From positions 1 through 64,000 of IMG/VR virus record IMGVR_UViG_3300033417_000002: DNA of 64,000 nucleotides, one strand, 5' to 3'. The DNA comes from a virus. Positions 60,411 through 64,000 of this stretch are shown in pieces. Position numbers and translations under genes: made by a program. The notes beneath the pieces are model-generated. The model ran no database searches and was not told the DNA's origin. It saw nothing but the letters and a program-made list of their open reading frames with translations. Numbering within the stretch: position 1 is the first letter of the stretch; each line of letters begins with the position of its first letter.

Positions 60411-60448
60411 CGAAAGCAAAACGGCCGCAAGCTAGAGCTTACGGCCGT
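60411..60448 (-). terminator. rho-independent terminator formed by an ACGGCCGT pair
   Basis: Minus-strand ACGGCCGTAAGC-TCTA-GCTTGCGGCCGT (12 bp, one G-U) followed by TTTGCTTTC. Confidence 0.5.
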
Positions 60449-60534
60449 AAAAACATGAGTGCAACGGATAAATTTCAGATAATAGATTGCTTCGTTGTGC
60501 TGTCATTTCTTTGGTCGCTGCCACGACATACTAA

Positions 60535-60945
60535 CTATTCATCCCTATTAATTTTCACCAACTCCGCGGCCCGGTCCAGGGACCGTCTCAGGTAGCTGAT
60601 TGGATCGTCAATCGCATCTATGCCATTGAGCCGAACCACTTCCATTCCCTCTTCGGCCGATTGCATCAGGACGTTGTGGGACTCCATGATCCGGTCTTGG
60701 GCCGACGAAAGGTCGTCTTCTAATGATACGAACTCTTGCCAAAAGGTCAACCATTCTCTATCGCTGCGTGGGGGCTTGTTGCCCCAGCGGTCGCGGAACG
60801 ATTGATATTTGCTGCGATATTGAATGAGAGATTGTAGAATTCGATAAATAACTCCTGTCGTAAGCCGAACTTCCTGCCATAAGCCAGCCATTTTATACCC
60901 GGTCAAGCTGGCGTGCTTCGGGTTGCTCCTGCTGTCACTTCCCAT
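60535..60945 (-). CDS. hypothetical protein (136 aa)
   Basis: ORF. Confidence 0.5.
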   Translation of the reverse strand: MGSDSRSNPKHASLTGYKMAGLWQEVRLTTGVIYRILQSLIQYRSKYQSFRDRWGNKPPRSDREWLTFWQEFVSLEDDLSSAQDRIMESHNVLMQSAEEGMEVVRLNGIDAIDDPISYLRRSLDRAAELVKINRDE

Positions 60946-61291
60946 CCTCGTTTTTTCCCCTTTCTCGTTCCGCCATCACGTGGCGGAACGTGCGTTCCCC
61001 GCGGCGCGCCACGTGCATTTCCCCCACCCTGTCCAGCAGCCTGCCGGCAACGCAGCCAACGGTTACTGCCGCCGCGCACACGATTAATAATATTGTAAGG
61101 TCATATCCCGATTTGTACAACACATTTGTGACGTGACCTGTTGTTCCTGCCAGTAAACCCCAAATAACAATACTGATTACTCGTGGCCATGCCGGTGGCG
61201 AGCTGTTCGATTCATCAATGGCCTGGGCCACAGCCTGATACACCAACCCCACACTTAGCACCGCAAGGCCGAGCGTCCAATTTGCTCCCAT
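60935..61291 (-). CDS. membrane protein (118 aa, about 3 TM)
   Basis: ORF 60935..61339 trimmed to ATG 61291 (AAGGAG RBS 6 nt upstream). Confidence 0.55.
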   Translation of the reverse strand: MGANWTLGLAVLSVGLVYQAVAQAIDESNSSPPAWPRVISIVIWGLLAGTTGHVTNVLYKSGYDLTILLIVCAAAVTVGCVAGRLLDRVGEMHVARRGERTFRHVMAERERGKNEDGK

Positions 61292-61433
61292 TGCGATCTC
61301 CTTTGTTTTGGCCGCCCGATTACGACTGGGTCTTGACACACTTCTGACAGCGGTTCAAAGGCTGCGAGACACACTGTTTTCTAAGCGCTGCCTTAACCAG
61401 CCCGTAGAAAATCGGTAGATTTTCACGGGGTTT

Positions 61434-61462
61434 TTGGTAGAACCGCATTCTGCCTGTAGAAT
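61434..61462 (+). promoter_or_regulatory. plus-strand sigma70-like promoter (antisense RNA candidate)
   Basis: TTGGTA (61434-39), 17 nt, TAGAAT (61457-62); no credible plus-strand ORF downstream. Confidence 0.4.
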
Positions 61463-61545
61463 GACGATTAGCTGTCATTTCTCAAGTCTGTGTAAACAGA
61501 TTGTCTGCACATGCAGACCCGGCTGCCACCGGAAGAGAAAGACGA

Positions 61546-61574
61546 AAGCCGCCGCCAGGCGGCTTTTTGTTTTG
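61546..61574 (+). terminator. intrinsic terminator on the plus strand
   Basis: AAGCCGCC-GCCA-GGCGGCTT followed by TTTGTTTTG. Confidence 0.5.
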
Positions 61575-61581
61575 AAAGTGG

Positions 61582-61609
61582 ATTATAGGCCGTTCTATTG
61601 CCCCGGCAA
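61582..61609 (-). promoter_or_regulatory. minus-strand sigma70-like promoter facing the plus-strand promoter
   Basis: TTGCCG (61604-09), 16 nt, TATAAT (61582-87). Confidence 0.45.
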
Positions 61610-61614
61610 CCGCT

Positions 61615-61658
61615 CACCTATAAATCGCCTGTAAAGCACCTATAAATACCTGTAAAAG
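61615..61658. repeat. two tandem 22-bp direct repeats upstream of the minus-strand promoter
   Basis: CACCTATAAATCGCCTGTAAAG (61615-36) and CACCTATAAATACCTGTAAAAG (61637-58). Confidence 0.6.
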
Positions 61659-61755
61659 AACTTTAAATTATGACAATCGTGTTTGCGTGTTGGATGAGAT
61701 GAGAGGCGAGAGAGCTGCCTGACCCAATTGTCTTACGGTATCCTTACGCTGTTTA

Positions 61756-62160
61756 TTAAGGTCGCCGGCTCTCGCTTGCCTGCCAACTCTCGTAATGCGC
61801 CTCATTGCAAAAGGCACGGCCGTTCGCGATGAGTGACCCCTTGCCCGTGCGATCCTCGCCGCAGTGCGGGCACAGGTGGGCAGGAACGGCCGTCTCCCGT
61901 TGCAACCTATCAATCTCAGCCGCAATCAACGCCCCGGCAATCGCAAGCTGGCGCACGCGGTCATGCTTTGATTTTTTATTCCACTTCGGTTCCCACGGCC
62001 AAAACGCCAATAGCTCCCCGTATTTTTCAGGAAGAGCGTAAAAGGCGGCGGCGCTGGCAAGCTCTTCTCTTGTCCATTGGTCGTCATGTTCGGCCGTCCA
62101 TTTCTCGGCGTCAATTTGGCGCTGCCTTTCGTTGGTTATCAGTTCTATTCCGGTCATCAT
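61756..62160 (-). CDS. conserved phage protein (ERxRQ...EHDD family) with C-terminal zinc ribbon
   Basis: ORF trimmed to MMTGIELITNERQRQIDAEKWTAEHDD...; extra C-terminal CPHCGED ... FCNEAH. Confidence 0.55.
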   Translation of the reverse strand: MMTGIELITNERQRQIDAEKWTAEHDDQWTREELASAAAFYALPEKYGELLAFWPWEPKWNKKSKHDRVRQLAIAGALIAAEIDRLQRETAVPAHLCPHCGEDRTGKGSLIANGRAFCNEAHYESWQASESRRP

Positions 62161-62174
62161 TCCTCCTGGGGTAC
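61900..62174. repeat. 275-bp direct repeat, copy 1
   Basis: About 95% identical to 62381..62654 (about 14 mostly transition differences by eye). Confidence 0.85.
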
Positions 62175-62354
62175 GGCCGTTTTCCTGCGAGCTTTCCATA
62201 ACTCATCAGCCACCTCCACCTCGTGTTCGGATAAGAGTCCCACCAGATCAACCGCACAGCGCAGGTTTTCTGCGATTTCAATATCGTTGAGGCGCTCGCG
62301 CGCGGCTTTCCAGTGCTTCAGAATATCGATCAGTTCGTTTGCGTCTATCATCAC
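62157..62354 (-). CDS. hypothetical protein (65 aa)
   Basis: Unique ORF between the two repeat copies. Confidence 0.5.
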   Translation of the reverse strand: MMIDANELIDILKHWKAARERLNDIEIAENLRCAVDLVGLLSEHEVEVADELWKARRKTAVPQEE

Positions 62355-62641
62355 ACCTCCTCAGAAGCGGCCATTGCCCGCTGCAACCTATCAATCTCAG
62401 CCGCAATCAACGCCCCGGCAACCACAAGTTGGCGCACGCGGTCGTGCTTTGATTTTTTATTCCACTTCGGTTCCCATGGCCAAAATGCCAACACCTCCCC
62501 GTATTTTTCAGGAAGAGCGTAAAAAGCGGCGGCGCCGGCAAGCTCTTCTCTTGTCCATTGGTCGTCATGTTCAGATGTCCATTTCTCGGCGTCAATTTGG
62601 CGCTGCCTTTCGTTGGTTATCAGTTCTATTCCGGTCATCAT
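62351..62641 (-). CDS. conserved phage protein (ERxRQ...EHDD family), short paralog
   Basis: 96 aa, more than 90% identical to the first 90 aa of 61756..62160. Confidence 0.55.
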   Translation of the reverse strand: MMTGIELITNERQRQIDAEKWTSEHDDQWTREELAGAAAFYALPEKYGEVLAFWPWEPKWNKKSKHDRVRQLVVAGALIAAEIDRLQRAMAASEEV

Positions 62642-62654
62642 TCCTCCTGGGGTA
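62381..62654. repeat. 275-bp direct repeat, copy 2
   Basis: See copy 1. Confidence 0.85.
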
Positions 62655-62847
62655 TTGCTAGGGCATCAATCGCATCGCTCAATGTTACGCTCATGAAAAA
62701 ATCTTCATCGTACCATTGAACCGGTATAGACATTGACGGCGGTCGTCTTTCCCTGCACAATTCGCCAATGATCCGTGTGCATTTTTGAAGCCGTTCAGTT
62801 AACGGGGCGCTGTCTCTTACTAATTGCTCTAGTTTCTCATTAGTCAT
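62638..62847 (-). CDS. hypothetical protein (69 aa)
   Basis: ORF 62638..63066 trimmed to ATG 62847 (MTNEKLEQL...). Confidence 0.45.
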   Translation of the reverse strand: MTNEKLEQLVRDSAPLTERLQKCTRIIGELCRERRPPSMSIPVQWYDEDFFMSVTLSDAIDALAIPQEE

Positions 62848-63127
62848 TCCACACTCCTTGTTTGGTTGTATCCAAACATCCCCACGTCTCGCCTTGATGC
62901 TTCCATCCGAGCACGTAGGGCCAAACGGCCGTATCCGGGTCACTAACCAAGCCGTCAAATTCCGGCGCTCGTTTGGCGCGAAAGTACGTGAATTTGATGA
63001 CAAAGTCCGCATCGTTGGCTGCACGCCATTGCTGGGCCTTTGCTCCGCCATGACTTTCGGCCGCAACGATAGCCTTCATATCATCCCATCCTTTTGCCGC
63101 TATCGAAACCTCATATGCTCTCATCAC
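62840..63127 (-). CDS. hypothetical protein (95 aa)
   Basis: ORF. Confidence 0.5.
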   Translation of the reverse strand: MMRAYEVSIAAKGWDDMKAIVAAESHGGAKAQQWRAANDADFVIKFTYFRAKRAPEFDGLVSDPDTAVWPYVLGWKHQGETWGCLDTTKQGVWND

Positions 63128-63498
63128 GACTCACCTTCCTTCACGGCCGTCATTGCTTCTAGCAATACATCTCCCGGATACTCGCCGCACCAGGAACATC
63201 TGCCATCACTGTCCAGTCCGACGCCCCACATGTTGCAACTACTACAGGGGGCGGGGGCGTCCACTATATGCGGCTCGTTGTTGGCCAACTTTTCCTGATT
63301 GGCCAGTGGCAGCACGTTGCTCTCGTTACGTATCCACTTCACATACAAATCGATCCACTCGCTCGAAATATCCCAACCGCACTGCCGCCAAGCGCGCAGT
63401 TTTGCGCCCTTGGCGCTAAAATCAAATACTAGCGCAGCGCCCTCTCCCGACCCGGCCGCATGAGAATATGCCATATATGGCCTCAATCTCTTCATCAC
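63124..63498 (-). CDS. hypothetical protein with C-terminal Cys4 motif (124 aa)
   Basis: CSSCNMW ... CSWCGE. Confidence 0.5.
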   Translation of the reverse strand: MMKRLRPYMAYSHAAGSGEGAALVFDFSAKGAKLRAWRQCGWDISSEWIDLYVKWIRNESNVLPLANQEKLANNEPHIVDAPAPCSSCNMWGVGLDSDGRCSWCGEYPGDVLLEAMTAVKEGES

Positions 63499-63848
63499 GC
63501 CTCCTCGGATACGGCCGTGCCACCTTCCGCTTTGGCAATGGCGGCACGGCCGTTGTTAATGGCATTGTCTTCGTCCTCGTAGTTACCGACTCCCACGTTG
63601 AAAGCTTCAACCATATGCAGTAATGCCCCCAATAAATCGGCGTAGCTTTCCATGTTTCGCCTTGCTTCGGTGAGGGCCTCTTTTGTCTCGAGATAATCTG
63701 AGGCAAGTATGAATGCCTCAGTCTGGCCAATTGATACACTCGGGCCATTCATTCGCCCGAGTGCATCGTTTATTTTGTCTGTAAGCGCGAGCACATCCTC
63801 TGGGTGCTCAACAGCCACGCGGCGCCAGCGATCATTGAATTCAGTCAT
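63495..63848 (-). CDS. hypothetical protein (117 aa)
   Basis: ORF 63495..63863 trimmed to ATG 63848 (MTEFNDRW...). Confidence 0.5.
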   Translation of the reverse strand: MTEFNDRWRRVAVEHPEDVLALTDKINDALGRMNGPSVSIGQTEAFILASDYLETKEALTEARRNMESYADLLGALLHMVEAFNVGVGNYEDEDNAINNGRAAIAKAEGGTAVSEEA

Positions 63849-63999
63849 CGTCACTCCACCCACCTTCTCCTGTTTGCAGGTCTTCAGCCAGGCTGGAAAC
63901 CGCCAAAAGCTCGCTCCCCCCGTAGTAGGTCACGGCCGTTCTTCCGCCCAACATTTCCTCTGTTACGACCCATACTTCCTCCTCCTCGTCCCAATGCAT
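63841..63999 (-). CDS. small acidic hypothetical protein (52 aa, may extend beyond the window)
   Basis: Hand-translated MHWDEEEEVWVVTEEMLGGRTAVTYYGGSELLAVSSLAEDLQTGEGGWSDDD; ATGA-type overlap with the next gene. Confidence 0.3.
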   Translation of the reverse strand: MHWDEEEEVWVVTEEMLGGRTAVTYYGGSELLAVSSLAEDLQTGEGGWSDDD

Positions 64000-64000
64000 T

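Noticed and set aside
61900-62654. Diversity-generating retroelement (template/variable repeat pair); the same idea was considered for the tail-fibre repeats at 8960..9983.
   Set aside because: No reverse transcriptase is present anywhere in the window. Differences between the copies are mostly transitions and are not restricted to adenine positions.
1-64000. CRISPR arrays, tRNA or rRNA genes, transposase or IS elements.
   Set aside because: No regularly spaced direct repeats with unique spacers were seen. No cloverleaf-like sequence was seen in any intergenic gap I inspected. No DDE or serine transposase-like ORF was seen. This was a visual inspection only, so a tRNAscan/Infernal run could still overturn it.
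1-64000. ACGGCCGT as a sequencing adaptor or assembly artefact.
   Set aside because: Copies sit in frame inside conserved, intact proteins, for example within the integrase and terminase genes, and are translated as TAV. They are dispersed singly rather than at junctions, and they co-occur with graded one-off variants.

Overview
The window is one contiguous, GC-rich (about 60% by eye) temperate tailed-phage genome or prophage segment. About 100 genes are packed head-to-tail on the minus strand. Only one credible gene (40279..41151) is on the plus strand.

Reading the minus strand from 64000 down to 1:
- Early and accessory small genes, including a 275-bp duplication and a control region with face-to-face promoters.
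- A replication organiser with a DnaA-N-like domain, next to an origin-like region of palindromes plus AT-rich DNA (about 58900..59085).
- An HNH protein, a cold-shock protein and a Dam-type N6A methyltransferase.
- A Gp37/Gp68-family protein, a Spo11/TopoVI-A-like Toprim protein and a 567-aa C5-cytosine methyltransferase.
- YopX, MazG, a DUF4326-ASCH fusion and a ParB-like plus methyltransferase-like gene pair.
- The late region: small and large terminase, portal, MuF-like protein, protease/scaffold, capsid, connectors, tail tube, chaperones, a 938-aa tape measure, and baseplate and fibre genes.
- A lysis cassette: holin, an orphan sensor histidine kinase, a coiled-coil protein with an EAD-like domain, and an 849-aa three-domain endolysin.
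- A tyrosine integrase (1854..2789) and a self-contained unit of operator, RHH gene and terminator.

I recognised no tRNA, rRNA, CRISPR array, reverse transcriptase, DNA polymerase, helicase or response regulator.

The strongest signal not explained by genes is the 8-bp palindrome ACGGCCGT. I count about 130 exact copies by eye against roughly 2 expected. It occurs in genes, mostly read as Thr-Ala-Val, and in intergenic hairpins, but is absent from a few 2-3 kb modules. It embeds GGCC and CGGCCG, and the phage encodes a C5 methyltransferase with six tandem TRD-like repeats. All functional calls rest on motifs I recognise by eye; I ran no database search.
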